Virus record (IMG/VR): IMGVR_UViG_3300016474_000357
Coordinates: 1 to 54,094 of that record
Length of the DNA stretch: 54,094 bases
Source: a virus
Taxonomy: Duplodnaviria > Caudoviricetes
Reading direction: 5' to 3' (one strand)
In this document: positions 40,801 to 50,432 of the stretch, piece by piece
How the letters are laid out: every line of letters begins with the position of its first letter
Position numbering within the stretch: the stretch's first letter is position 1
The notes under the pieces: generated by a model
Told to the model about the DNA's origin: nothing
Seen by the model: only the letters and a program-made list of their open reading frames with translations
Databases searched by the model: none
Position numbers and translations under genes: made by a program

Positions 40801-42612
40801 ACAACTGCTATATCTGTAACAAGAACAGAAACACAAAGTCATGGAACTTTAAGATTCGACACACCAACATCTTCTCCAATAGTTTTGGATTCTGATACAA
40901 ATTCTGACACAATTTATTTTAATATTGCAGCAGATGGTATAACGAATACTTATCTTGCAAATATGGCAGATAATACTGTAAAGGTTGGAACTGGTTCCAC
41001 AAATGCAGATAATTCACCACAAGATCTTACAATTAATGCAAATAGTGTTCTAGGAAGAGTTGGAAGTGGTGATTTGAAGTCTGTATCTGCTTCTGAACTT
41101 GCAACAATGATAGGTGCAAACTATTTTACAAGTGTTGAAACAGATTCAGGAACTGTTACACCAAGTGAAACAAATGCTATCAAACTTAAAGGTGGTAGTG
41201 GTATAACTGTAACTGAAAGCACAAATCATGAAATTATAATTACAAATACTGGTGGAGCCGGTGGAACTGGTAGTTTATCTTTGATTGGTGATTGGGATGG
41301 AACAACTACCACAAGTTCAGCATTATCTAGAGAAAAACTATTATTTGCCGATGGTGATTTGGAATATACAATTTCAACACCAGATACATTAACAGCAATA
41401 GTTTCTTCCACAATAAGATGGTCTGGATTGACATCTATAATTAATGGTGGTGCTGGATTCTTATATGGATTTGGTGCTGCTAATGTAAACAAAGATGCAA
41501 TAATTACTAAGTTTGTTCCTGTTAATTCTTCATCTGGTTCACAATTGCCTGTTATAGATGCCGCAACGGGTAATTTAACTTACATCAATTCATCTGGCGC
41601 TGGCTCATCCGCTATTACTAGTGTATTGGGATTAACCGGCGGTGGTACATTAGTTGCAACAAGTAACTTTTTAAGCTCAATAACCATAGGTGGAAATATA
41701 AGTGGCATAACATTTACAAGTAATACTTTAAATGCAAGCACAACAGCAGCAACAACATTCCCAATAATTGCAAGTAATGATGGTGTTTATACAAACGGTA
41801 GTGCAAATATTGGCATTCATATGTCAACAGCAAGTTCTTCATTGAATTTGGGTAGAAGTACCGCTCTGGGTTCAACATGGTCTGCTGGTGATTTTATAAC
41901 TCAATTGAGTCTTGGTGGTTCTGGTTTTGCAATTACAGGATCACCAGTAGTAACGACGCCATCATCATCGACAATAAAGACAAGATTCTTTGGTTCTTCT
42001 GCTTGGGCAAATCTATCAGCCGCAAGTTCTCCAAGAATTTGTATGCCAGATTTCTTAATAGGAACAGGACCAGATGCAAATACAACATCAAATGGTTCTG
42101 GTTACTACTTAAGAAATGATACTACAAATAATGGATTAATTTTTACAAATTATAATCTCACAGCAACAGGTTCAACAAGAACAATAGCAAAAGATAGAAG
42201 CACAAGAATGGGTCTTGAAGTATTGTCAGTTCCTGCTTCTGGTACATCCGATACTGCATATGCATCATCTGCAAATACTGCATACATTACACACACATTC
42301 ATACCAAGAGCAGCATCGGTAACTAAAGTTGATGAATTCACAATTCCAAATGCATCAAATCGTAGATCCTATAAATATTTCATACATGCAGAAAATTCAT
42401 CAAATGATTTCTATACAACTGAACTTCTAATACAAGTTAAGGGAAATACATCAAATATTATTCAATATGCATCATCAACAACAAATACATCTACTCTCGG
42501 ATCAGTAAATTTCTCAGTAACATCATCTGTTGGTGGTAGTGAAACTACAGTAACAGTATCACATGATAAGTCTGGTTTATTGGATATCAAACTATTGAAG
42601 TACGAAGTCTAA
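37798..42612 (+). CDS. Tail/virion fibre protein, Ser/Thr-rich and modular
   Basis: N-terminal SDNFYNW..TNQ, repeated F..V...SG....L...G.GI fibre units, an internal WGAQVEEG module and a C-terminal RSYKYFI...TTELL domain. Confidence 0.75.
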   Translation: MSNTDGSDLVQDITKLALSDNFYNWFTTTNQIIDAINPLNIYDITPRKGLNETRSGGNVILDVETGKGLKAYPNDAIGALTLDIENLTSESSVSNLDYYVIEKAGTNPSNDLFKVLASDILPPTLSGNHEFTGTITVNALNVRDNALRLQYEDATTDNDAGIILDTTTSSKVKFTYNTTKSAWFSNKNIGLQDGYAFLTNGTGRRAEFKYTTSGSTQYDVALEMFMGVDSTNNDDKSWIIEARNVDKALNFIYKDYTNTDTETRIFYATVETTNPVTSTFVITDKIQIGNVLGSTTNFKTVTDYSTSIIPISNSNGILDSKWTNRYVTTTYSAGLEVGNVVKIFNDTNNQATIVKCALTSSSAEDEAYSIGIVERISGGKVWVVTHGDFTLSNVPGSYPNLDPGAVYYLTNGSPNYTLTKPTSGIVKPVFVATSTTGGVFFPMSAQGLSFGKIGVVNAAGGTVITTTGTTVTSDSPNDTFTLDAGSGISLETDTSNNKVIIRAATAGNQPTYSTISTDSGSVSAYHPSESLLLTGGSGGIEVVADNKVDTNGDTITIKGKYFRTVSWIGDSSTNDIPGTKTATYDDNLQIYAGTGISIREYLGSGGGIKIEATGQSVASIANGSISLAKLDSFTPNSVLIGNSSGTPTLQATTNNSILSANSSGVISWDTPLTTIQTKFAKTGFDIGYPTAKQNNYGITPTRNFGIVRIPRNASTIGTTQDYEIPAFRYTTTNSINGALIGLQEGDGIELAVNNTVADAISGIPSIKITNKYGSAFSKVYIADTGETIESNGTATVTYSNYFLDSNNMSTTNWLRFRDNVAADSATGSATSDLPGKQTGSTIVFTDGIITSTDGAIITFVNNPLLTSNLNNGIFANLRKPGTSTLWNATETEGKYFTISVYVATSSGTQSFKIGYYHGRKAGFSGAAGITYSPDFTATTTPQRFTFTVKAQPSTTVQAGTTEIQPNINISQPFGTINGGSIVVWGAQVEEGRTANPLITTTTTAISVTRTETQSHGTLRFDTPTSSPIVLDSDTNSDTIYFNIAADGITNTYLANMADNTVKVGTGSTNADNSPQDLTINANSVLGRVGSGDLKSVSASELATMIGANYFTSVETDSGTVTPSETNAIKLKGGSGITVTESTNHEIIITNTGGAGGTGSLSLIGDWDGTTTTSSALSREKLLFADGDLEYTISTPDTLTAIVSSTIRWSGLTSIINGGAGFLYGFGAANVNKDAIITKFVPVNSSSGSQLPVIDAATGNLTYINSSGAGSSAITSVLGLTGGGTLVATSNFLSSITIGGNISGITFTSNTLNASTTAATTFPIIASNDGVYTNGSANIGIHMSTASSSLNLGRSTALGSTWSAGDFITQLSLGGSGFAITGSPVVTTPSSSTIKTRFFGSSAWANLSAASSPRICMPDFLIGTGPDANTTSNGSGYYLRNDTTNNGLIFTNYNLTATGSTRTIAKDRSTRMGLEVLSVPASGTSDTAYASSANTAYITHTFIPRAASVTKVDEFTIPNASNRRSYKYFIHAENSSNDFYTTELLIQVKGNTSNIIQYASSTTNTSTLGSVNFSVTSSVGGSETTVTVSHDKSGLLDIKLLKYEV

Positions 42613-42613
42613 T

Positions 42614-45600
42614 ATGTCAAATAATAAATTTCAATCACAAACAGAATACTCTTTTAATGTTGACAATGTAACTTCCAAAATCAGACTTGATTTTGATACA
42701 AATGTTGTGAATCCTAAAGATGCTGTTTTGGGTATTGATAAGACTGCAACTCAGTTCATATTACTTGATCAATCACAAGTTCCGGGTCTTGGAACAAATG
42801 TTTCTTATTCACCAGATCTTTCTGTTTTATCATCATCACATACAAATAGTGTAAAAGAATATGTTTTTGAAAAATTAATAGATCCTTCTGTAGTTGGTTG
42901 TGAAAATTGTGGTGATAAAAGAAAATACACACCTTCAACTGGTGTAGATTCTTCTGGTCAAATAACAAATACTTCTGTTATACCAATAATTAATAAGGAA
43001 GTAATTGCAGAATTTCAAATAGAACCAGAGGCATATCATTCTTTTGAAATAGATTTAGTTGGTCATAGAACAATTTGTGATGGTAGTGGTAATTGTTTTA
43101 CAGAAAATATAAATGATGCTTCTGGAACAACAAATATAAACAAACGATCATGGTTTTCTTCATTTGCTTATGGTTCAAACGGATCATTAAATGCAAGTGA
43201 AGCAAATACACTATCAACAATTTTTGATCCAACGGGAAGTCCAATGTCTGCTTCAACTTTTGCACTTACATCAGCAAGTGCTTCTGATGCAACAACGGTT
43301 TTTCCACCATTTAATTCTGAATTAGAATTCACAGACGATGAATATAATTCTTTAAAAGCAATAGAGTATCATTGTTGTAAGTGTTGTTCATATTATGAAG
43401 ATTTTCAATCTGGTAAGATAACAGAAGCACAAGCAAAATCATTATGTGAAAAAAGTAATATTTTTATACCATCTACAGGATCATCAATTACTCATTACGA
43501 TTATTGCACTACTCAATTTTCTAATATTAAAAATTTAACATATTTGAGTAGAAAATTTTCAAATGCACCAATATCAGTATGTGAAATATTAAAAGATAAA
43601 ATAAATCAATATGGCACTATGCCAGATCCAAATATTCCACAATGCAACAACATTAGTTTTAATTCAGTAACACCAACAAATTTAACAAATCCAAATCCAA
43701 CTTCTGGTGCTGAAAATATAATAGTTGAAGAAGGTGAATTAACAATACCATCATCACTTTTTGCTCCTTGTAATCTTCCTCCTAATGATCAAGATGCTTG
43801 TGCTTTTTGTGCGATTGTTATTGCATCAGGTGAGAGTGATCCATGCTTGGATGCTTGTCAAACTTTGTTTGGAACGGACACATGTAGTGGAGGTGGTGGA
43901 GGTGGTGGAGGTGGACCAGATTGTACAGATCCAGCACTTGCTTGTACTGGTGTGTGTTTGGCTGCTGGTGAGACAGAAATACAATGTCTCGATAACTGTC
44001 AATCAAATCCTTGCTACAGTATTTTATGTCCATATTATAATCCATGCATATGTAATAGTGGAAATTGCACTGGTTGTAACCCCGCATGCGGTGATTATAA
44101 TAAATGTTTTTATGATTCATTAAATGGACCTTGGAGTACAAGTGTAAATACTGTTCCGATTGGATATGATATTGGTATTGATGAAGCAGATCCATCATCA
44201 GAAAGAATATCACCATGCACCTCATCGTCATGGATAAGAAACAGTAGCAGACACTCCACACTATTGAGAGATTTTAATAGTGTAATAGTGAGTCCAAAAG
44301 CATTTGTTTTGGGTAGATGTATAGAAGGACCAGGAGATAGTTCATATAATAATACAATTACCGGAAGAAGTTGTACTTACTTAGAAGATGCAATTTTAAA
44401 TTCTGGTACTACAAATTATTGTGCTTTATTACTGGACAATCCACTATATTTTAATCAACTATGGGAAGATACATCTTTTAATGTATATGGTGGTGGATTC
44501 TATGCAAACAGAGATTTGAGAGATTTTATCTATGATCAAACAGGTACAATACACTTTACAACAAATGTAAACTCAAATTTCCTAAATTATAAACCAGCAG
44601 ATAAAACAAATATTATATACCATATTGAAAAGATCAAATCAAATAATATAACATACTTACTTAATTATGGTAACAAACCAACAGCACCAGCGTTTTATGA
44701 TAACGCAAGTGCATATCTTTCTCTTGGTTATGGTTATACTTCAGAAACAGTAACATCTCCAGTAGTTGCAAAACAAAGTTATCCTGTTGTAAAACCATAC
44801 ATCTATTATCACCTACCATCACAAAATTATTTGTCGGAGTACAGAACACAAGCAGTTTCTGGTGCTACAACACTAATTTATAGAACATACTATGCAACCT
44901 ATGGTATAGCAACAAACGGTGGTCAATTCTCAACCATAAAGTCTGTTAATACAACGATACCAAGTAGTATACCAGTAACAGAGACAACTTATATTATACC
45001 TTCATATTCAGAAGAAAATATATTGATAACTGGAAATACATCGTTAGCAGATAAGAGTGTTTTAACAACACCAGTTTTAAAAACAAAAGAAATAAAAAAA
45101 ATCTATACACAACAAAACTATGGAGTAATGTTGTGGGAAGACAATTCTGTAACAAAAGATTCTTTTTGGGGAAAGTTATCAACAGCCATGTCAACAACAT
45201 TACCAAGTTCATCTTTTGTTAAAAACAAATATATAGATTTAAGTCTAAGTGAACTTCTTATAATGGGTGTAACTACAAACAATACACTTTCTTTCGTTGG
45301 AAATGATGCTAGTATAGTAAATCAAACTGCACTGAATAATTTATCCGGTAGAACTCTTTTAAGCGTCACACATACAAGTGAAACAAATTCAAATTTTGCA
45401 TTTGTTATAGTGGATGATGGAACTGGTCAAAACAAAGGAACAGTTAGAGGATGGGGAACAAACAATAATGGAAGAGTTTTGGGCACAACAGCAACAAATA
45501 CAGCCATTACAGGCACAGCAACTGCTGCTGCTGAATTGAGAATAGCAGGTTCTATTTTAACAGATGTAGTACAAATAGAAACAAATGCTACTATTTGCAT

Positions 45601-47686
45601 GGCACTCAACTCCACTGGTCATGTTTTTGTATGGGGTTCGACATCTACAAGTACAACCAATCCTTGGGCAGGCACAAACGCTAGCAATTCTAACATAACT
45701 TTAACTGGTACTGGAGCAGTATCACCCCCTAGTGGTAGAGTAGCAATTTTAGGTACATTACTAACAGATGTTAAAAAAATAGCATGTGGAACTTTTAGTT
45801 ATGCTGCACTCAAGAAAGATTTAAAAACATTGGTATTATGGGGTGAGCAGAGTAGAATAACCTTCGATGGAACACCATCAACAGTTATGTCTAAAACCAT
45901 AACCTTTACTAAAAACATAGCAGATATACAAACAACTGGTAATGGTGGAATTATTCTTTTCGAAGATGGAACTGTTGCACAATTTGGTCAGCAGATTGTT
46001 GGTACTGAAAGAGCATTTTTATCATCATTGAAAAATATTAGAAGTATAGCAGACAGTAACTATAAAACAGAATTTTATGGTTTGTTAAAAAATCTTAATA
46101 CTTCTGGTAGTTTTATAAATGAAGTATCCCTCAATACTTGGCCGGAAACAAATCAAGCATTTGAATACATCCCAACAGCAAGAATTAGTAGACAACTTTT
46201 ACGAAGAGGGGGTGATGCTACTTGGAATGGTATAACATGGGATGATGTTTACTCATCACCAACTAATGCAACCTATCCTGGTTTAATTTACCACAGCGAT
46301 ATCACCCCCATCAATACACTAGAATTAGTAAATGGTTCTAGAAAAAGAAACAATGAAATAAGTCTCTTAAATAATGAATATATTTTTACATATGAACCAT
46401 ATGAGAGTGGTGTAAAGACATATAAAGCATATTTAATTAATAATGGTATTAGACAAGATTTTGGTTATATCACAGATTCAAGAGATTTTGCTGGATCTAA
46501 TGGTAGTTTTGAAAACTTTAAGTTCCGTGGTAAAATATTGTCAGATAATCTATCAGTAGAAATATCAAACTCTAATTTAGTATACGATTCTATAGGCAAT
46601 TTGGTTGCCGGATCATTACCTGCAAAAATATTAAGCACAATTCTTGGTTCAGATAGTGGCAATTTGAATTTAAACTCAACCACATTTCCAATAGAAGTAA
46701 CAATCAATGCTCACAAATTTACTGGTGGTTCTGGTGGTGTTAAATTGACTCTTAATACAACAGATGATGTATTAGATGACGGTACTCTAATTGGTTCTTT
46801 CTCAACAAGTGGTAATTTAAATGATTCTACTGGCAAAATAACAATAATATTAGATAGAAAGTTCACAAGAACGGTTTCTGGACTTAATAAAAATGATGTT
46901 GCATTCTTGTTTAAGGTGAAGAACAATGTTAAAGTATTTACAGATTCAATAACATATGACAAAACTGGATTATTAAAAACAGATGACTTTAGTACATTTG
47001 TTTTTGGTTCTTCTTACACTTATTTGGATAGACCACCAAGTGAAAGAGCAAGAGATCTTGGTAGGAATGAGCACGAGTTATTTACCACCAAATCTGCTAG
47101 ATTTGCAACACCAGATTATGCATCATGGGATGTTACCTCCCATCAAAACAATTCTACAGATAATCAGATGGTAATCCCATTCAGAGGATTGCAATATCAA
47201 TATGCAAAGTTTAAGCCAGGAAAAACATATGGAATATCAGCAGAAGTTGATGATTATCCGATTATAAGAACCATCAGAAAGAATAATGGCAAATTCTATA
47301 TTCAAATTCTTGCTGGAGCATTTCCTTATTATCATCCATTAGTACACGAACCAGTGATTTATTTACTCAATTTAAATAGCAATTTTAACTCATCACTTGC
47401 TTGGAGAAATGCAATTTGTAATAGACAATCAAATTGGTTTAATTATGTCGCTACCACAAAGTGGTCTTGTCATATAAAACATACTCAATTTGCAACTAAT
47501 ACTCTCTCATGGCAATTACCACAAGGACTCACTGCAAGTGATTCAACAGGAAAACAAAAACCAGTAGTTATTGGCAGAATACCACCAGCATCAGTAGCAG
47601 ACATATTAACACCAACAGCACCCACCACCGGATTAAAACCAAGCGAATCAGAAAGTGGTGGTAGGGGCACGGTAGGTTTAGAATAA
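42614..47686 (+). CDS. Large putative virion adhesin with Cys-rich region and RCC1-like repeats
   Basis: Cys clusters and a poly-Gly linker; GTVRGWGTNNNG, GHVFVWG, TLVLWG and DGTVAQFG RCC1/BLIP-II-type blades; located in the fibre block. Confidence 0.55.
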   Translation: MSNNKFQSQTEYSFNVDNVTSKIRLDFDTNVVNPKDAVLGIDKTATQFILLDQSQVPGLGTNVSYSPDLSVLSSSHTNSVKEYVFEKLIDPSVVGCENCGDKRKYTPSTGVDSSGQITNTSVIPIINKEVIAEFQIEPEAYHSFEIDLVGHRTICDGSGNCFTENINDASGTTNINKRSWFSSFAYGSNGSLNASEANTLSTIFDPTGSPMSASTFALTSASASDATTVFPPFNSELEFTDDEYNSLKAIEYHCCKCCSYYEDFQSGKITEAQAKSLCEKSNIFIPSTGSSITHYDYCTTQFSNIKNLTYLSRKFSNAPISVCEILKDKINQYGTMPDPNIPQCNNISFNSVTPTNLTNPNPTSGAENIIVEEGELTIPSSLFAPCNLPPNDQDACAFCAIVIASGESDPCLDACQTLFGTDTCSGGGGGGGGGPDCTDPALACTGVCLAAGETEIQCLDNCQSNPCYSILCPYYNPCICNSGNCTGCNPACGDYNKCFYDSLNGPWSTSVNTVPIGYDIGIDEADPSSERISPCTSSSWIRNSSRHSTLLRDFNSVIVSPKAFVLGRCIEGPGDSSYNNTITGRSCTYLEDAILNSGTTNYCALLLDNPLYFNQLWEDTSFNVYGGGFYANRDLRDFIYDQTGTIHFTTNVNSNFLNYKPADKTNIIYHIEKIKSNNITYLLNYGNKPTAPAFYDNASAYLSLGYGYTSETVTSPVVAKQSYPVVKPYIYYHLPSQNYLSEYRTQAVSGATTLIYRTYYATYGIATNGGQFSTIKSVNTTIPSSIPVTETTYIIPSYSEENILITGNTSLADKSVLTTPVLKTKEIKKIYTQQNYGVMLWEDNSVTKDSFWGKLSTAMSTTLPSSSFVKNKYIDLSLSELLIMGVTTNNTLSFVGNDASIVNQTALNNLSGRTLLSVTHTSETNSNFAFVIVDDGTGQNKGTVRGWGTNNNGRVLGTTATNTAITGTATAAAELRIAGSILTDVVQIETNATICMALNSTGHVFVWGSTSTSTTNPWAGTNASNSNITLTGTGAVSPPSGRVAILGTLLTDVKKIACGTFSYAALKKDLKTLVLWGEQSRITFDGTPSTVMSKTITFTKNIADIQTTGNGGIILFEDGTVAQFGQQIVGTERAFLSSLKNIRSIADSNYKTEFYGLLKNLNTSGSFINEVSLNTWPETNQAFEYIPTARISRQLLRRGGDATWNGITWDDVYSSPTNATYPGLIYHSDITPINTLELVNGSRKRNNEISLLNNEYIFTYEPYESGVKTYKAYLINNGIRQDFGYITDSRDFAGSNGSFENFKFRGKILSDNLSVEISNSNLVYDSIGNLVAGSLPAKILSTILGSDSGNLNLNSTTFPIEVTINAHKFTGGSGGVKLTLNTTDDVLDDGTLIGSFSTSGNLNDSTGKITIILDRKFTRTVSGLNKNDVAFLFKVKNNVKVFTDSITYDKTGLLKTDDFSTFVFGSSYTYLDRPPSERARDLGRNEHELFTTKSARFATPDYASWDVTSHQNNSTDNQMVIPFRGLQYQYAKFKPGKTYGISAEVDDYPIIRTIRKNNGKFYIQILAGAFPYYHPLVHEPVIYLLNLNSNFNSSLAWRNAICNRQSNWFNYVATTKWSCHIKHTQFATNTLSWQLPQGLTASDSTGKQKPVVIGRIPPASVADILTPTAPTTGLKPSESESGGRGTVGLE
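43889..43915 (+). repeat. (GGAGGTGGT)-type tandem repeat encoding Gly9
   Basis: GGA GGT GGT GGA GGT GGT GGA GGT GGA read directly from the sequence. Confidence 0.9.
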
Positions 47687-47699
47687 AAAAGGAAAATAT

Positions 47700-48470
47700 A
47701 TGGGTAATAGTTTATTCAATTCAAATTACGGATTTGATTTAGGAAATATAAGTAATATATCAATTTCTGGTGCAAGTTCTAGTGATGATCAAGTTTTGAT
47801 TTTAAAACCAGATGGAACTGGTAAATTTAAATTACAACCACAAGTGTTAACATCAGTTGGGTCTACAAACTCTATAACTGTAACACCGACAACTGGAAGT
47901 TCTTATTATAAAAAAGAAGTATTTTCCAATACAATGACCACTACCAGTACATTCGGTACATTAAAAAGTTATAGTTTTAATATTGGAACATCAAAAACAA
48001 AATTATATCTTACAGTAAAAATGGATCTAATGGGACAAGGAACTATCGGATCTGCGTTTCAATATTATCATTTTACAACAGGATATAATATAGTTTCAGA
48101 TACAAACGGTCAAGGTACTTTTATTTACAGACACATACCAGGACATTTTTCATATATTTTTAATAAGGGAACTGGAGCAAATAATTCTACAATTACTGCT
48201 GTTGGACCAGATAAACAATTTCAAAATTTTGCCGCAATACCAACATCAACAGAATTATTATTACAACCAAAGTTTTCAACAATTACCACACCATTAGATT
48301 CTACTTTAACTGCAAATTATCCAAAGATAATACACAGTATAAATACAGGTAACACAAATAGCACCACAGATGATATTTTAAACTTGACAATACAAGGAAA
48401 GAGTATAAGATCTGGTGGTGAAAATATTGAATGGTTTGGAACTATTGAGTTTTTTGCATCTATAGCATAA
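47700..48470 (+). CDS. Hypothetical beta-rich protein, probable fibre component
   Basis: Thr/Ser-rich ORF in the fibre block, ending IEWFGTIEF. Confidence 0.5.
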   Translation: MGNSLFNSNYGFDLGNISNISISGASSSDDQVLILKPDGTGKFKLQPQVLTSVGSTNSITVTPTTGSSYYKKEVFSNTMTTTSTFGTLKSYSFNIGTSKTKLYLTVKMDLMGQGTIGSAFQYYHFTTGYNIVSDTNGQGTFIYRHIPGHFSYIFNKGTGANNSTITAVGPDKQFQNFAAIPTSTELLLQPKFSTITTPLDSTLTANYPKIIHSINTGNTNSTTDDILNLTIQGKSIRSGGENIEWFGTIEFFASIA

Positions 48471-48482
48471 AAGGAGATTAAA

Positions 48483-48839
48483 ATGAAGGTTAAGTTGGTT
48501 GAAATTTATAATTGTGTCCAAGTAATGAATAAGATTTTAGACGCTGAATTACCAGCATCAGTTGCTTTTAAGTTAACAAAGCTTCTTAAGTCAATAAATG
48601 ACGAAATCAAGACTGTAGAGGATCAAAGAGTAAAGATGGTATCAAAGTATGGTGATAAGGACGAAAATGGTTCTGTTTCTGTATCAGAAACCAATAAAGA
48701 AGCATTTATGAAGGAATTTGGTGAATTGCTTTCCACTGAGATTGAAATCCAATGGGAACCAGTTTCAGTCGAGAAATTTGATGGACTAAACCTATCTGCA
48801 AATGATTTGTTAAAAGTTGCGTTCTTATTCTCAGAATAA
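48483..48839 (+). CDS. DUF1617-like phage protein (possible fibre chaperone)
   Basis: LP..VAFKL.K....I..E.......R.K.V.KYG.KDENG pattern; strong AAGGAG RBS. Confidence 0.55.
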   Translation: MKVKLVEIYNCVQVMNKILDAELPASVAFKLTKLLKSINDEIKTVEDQRVKMVSKYGDKDENGSVSVSETNKEAFMKEFGELLSTEIEIQWEPVSVEKFDGLNLSANDLLKVAFLFSE

Positions 48840-48861
48840 GTCTTTTTTCTCAAAAACTAAG

Positions 48862-48904
48862 AAGTCTCCTCTTTATAAATAACAGATAAAGAGGAGATTT
48901 TTTT
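48862..48904 (+). terminator. Hairpin plus U-tract containing the gp13 RBS
   Basis: AAGTCTCCTCTTTAT (48862-76) pairs with ATAAAGAGGAGATTT (48886-900); a run of 7 T spans 48898-904. Confidence 0.8.
48874..48881 (+). promoter_or_regulatory. T4-type late promoter TATAAATA for gp13-14-15
   Basis: Exact consensus ending 23 nt before ATG 48905. Confidence 0.8.
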
Positions 48905-49729
48905 ATGGCTAAACCAGCCAGCAGAGAACAATTAAAAGATTATTGTCTTAGAAAACTGGGTTATCCAGTTATTCAAATAAATGTCGATGATGCTCAAATA
49001 GAGGATCGTCTTGACGATGCTTTGCAATTCTTTGCAGAGTATCACTTTGATGGTGTCGAAAAGGTATATCTTCGTAAGCAGATAACCAAAACCGATATGG
49101 ACAGAGGGTATATAGTTTTAACTGAGCCAACTGCAGCAGATCCAACTGCTACAGTTCCAATAACAGAAGCACCAGCATTAGATCCAGACGGAAGTTCAAT
49201 CATCAGCGTCACAAAATGCTTCCAGTTATACGATACTCTTGGTGGTACTGGTATGTTTGACGCACGCTACCAGATCGCTTTAAACGACTTATATGGTCTT
49301 CGTACAAACACATATAGTCAATCACTAATAACATATGCTATTACAAGAAGTCATATGCAGATGTTACAAGATTTACTAACACCAGAAAAAACTTTAGAAT
49401 TTAGTCGTGTTACAAATAGAATTTATGTAAACATGGACTGGAAGCAACAAGCATTCCTTGGTCAATATATTATGTTTGAAGCATATAAGATTTTAAATCC
49501 AGAAACATATACAGAAGTCTATAATGACAGAACATTAAAGCTCTATACCACTGCTCTTATTAAACAACAATGGGGAGCAAATATGATGAAGTTTGGTGGT
49601 GTAGAATTGCCCGGTGGAATAGTTCTGAACGGTGCTGAAATCTTCCAAGAAGCATCATCAGAAGTTCAAAAATTAGAAAGCGAAATGCAATCCAAGTGGG
49701 AACTACCTCCTCAATTCTTTGTAGGATAA
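48905..49729 (+). CDS. gp13: Neck protein gp13
   Basis: P.SREQLKDYCLRKLGYPVIQINVDD.Q..DR.DDALQFF.EYHFDG and TALIKQQWG.N..KF.GV.LPGG motifs. Confidence 0.96.
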   Translation: MAKPASREQLKDYCLRKLGYPVIQINVDDAQIEDRLDDALQFFAEYHFDGVEKVYLRKQITKTDMDRGYIVLTEPTAADPTATVPITEAPALDPDGSSIISVTKCFQLYDTLGGTGMFDARYQIALNDLYGLRTNTYSQSLITYAITRSHMQMLQDLLTPEKTLEFSRVTNRIYVNMDWKQQAFLGQYIMFEAYKILNPETYTEVYNDRTLKLYTTALIKQQWGANMMKFGGVELPGGIVLNGAEIFQEASSEVQKLESEMQSKWELPPQFFVG

Positions 49730-49730
49730 A

Positions 49731-50432
49731 ATGGCAACAAATCCATATTTTAAAAATCAAGGTTACAAACCAACTCAGAATCTGTTGGAAGATCTATCAG
49801 AAGAATCCATTAAAATAAATGGAATAGATGTTGTTTACATTGTAAAAACCACAGATAAAGTTGATGGTTTATTCGGTGATAATCAGCATGGTAAACTTAA
49901 AAATTCATTCTCAATAGAGATGTACTTAAAGAATGCTAAAGGATTTGAGGGTGAAAGAGACATAGTGAATAAATTTGGTATGGAAGTTAAAGACAATGTT
50001 ACACTTGTAGTGTCAAAAAAGAGATTCAGAGAAGAATCGTTTAAATTACCACAATTAACTGGTCGTTTATATCCAATGAATAGACCAATAGAAGGTGATT
50101 TGATTTATTTACCATTGTCACCAACTTCAGATAACTTATACGAAATTAAATTTGTTGAGAATGAAGATGTCATGTATCAACAAGGCGATTATTACACATT
50201 TAGACTTGATTGTGAACTATATAAGTACTCTATGGAAGATATTAATACAGGTTTCAGCAAGATTGATGATATTAAATCTGAATTGGTACAAGAAGTTGAT
50301 GTCGATGGTGATGGTATAGCAGATTACATCATGGATAAGAAGAAGATCAATGATAATTCACAAATTCAAACTGAAGCAAATGATATCATAGACTTTACAG
50401 AGAAAGATCCATTCTCAGAGGGCAATTACTGA
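49731..50432 (+). CDS. gp14: Neck protein gp14
   Basis: NPYF, QNLLEDL..ESIKI.G.DV.Y, IEMY....GFEG....KFG, RP.EGDLIY.P and DF.EKDPF motifs. Confidence 0.95.
   Translation: MATNPYFKNQGYKPTQNLLEDLSEESIKINGIDVVYIVKTTDKVDGLFGDNQHGKLKNSFSIEMYLKNAKGFEGERDIVNKFGMEVKDNVTLVVSKKRFREESFKLPQLTGRLYPMNRPIEGDLIYLPLSPTSDNLYEIKFVENEDVMYQQGDYYTFRLDCELYKYSMEDINTGFSKIDDIKSELVQEVDVDGDGIADYIMDKKKINDNSQIQTEANDIIDFTEKDPFSEGNY

Noticed and set aside
43761-44261. Alternative-frame ORFs (120 aa plus strand, 147 aa minus strand with a His-rich run) over the Cys-rich region
   Set aside because: By-products of the TGT/GGT-rich, stop-poor sequence; the His run is simply the antisense of the Gly repeat.
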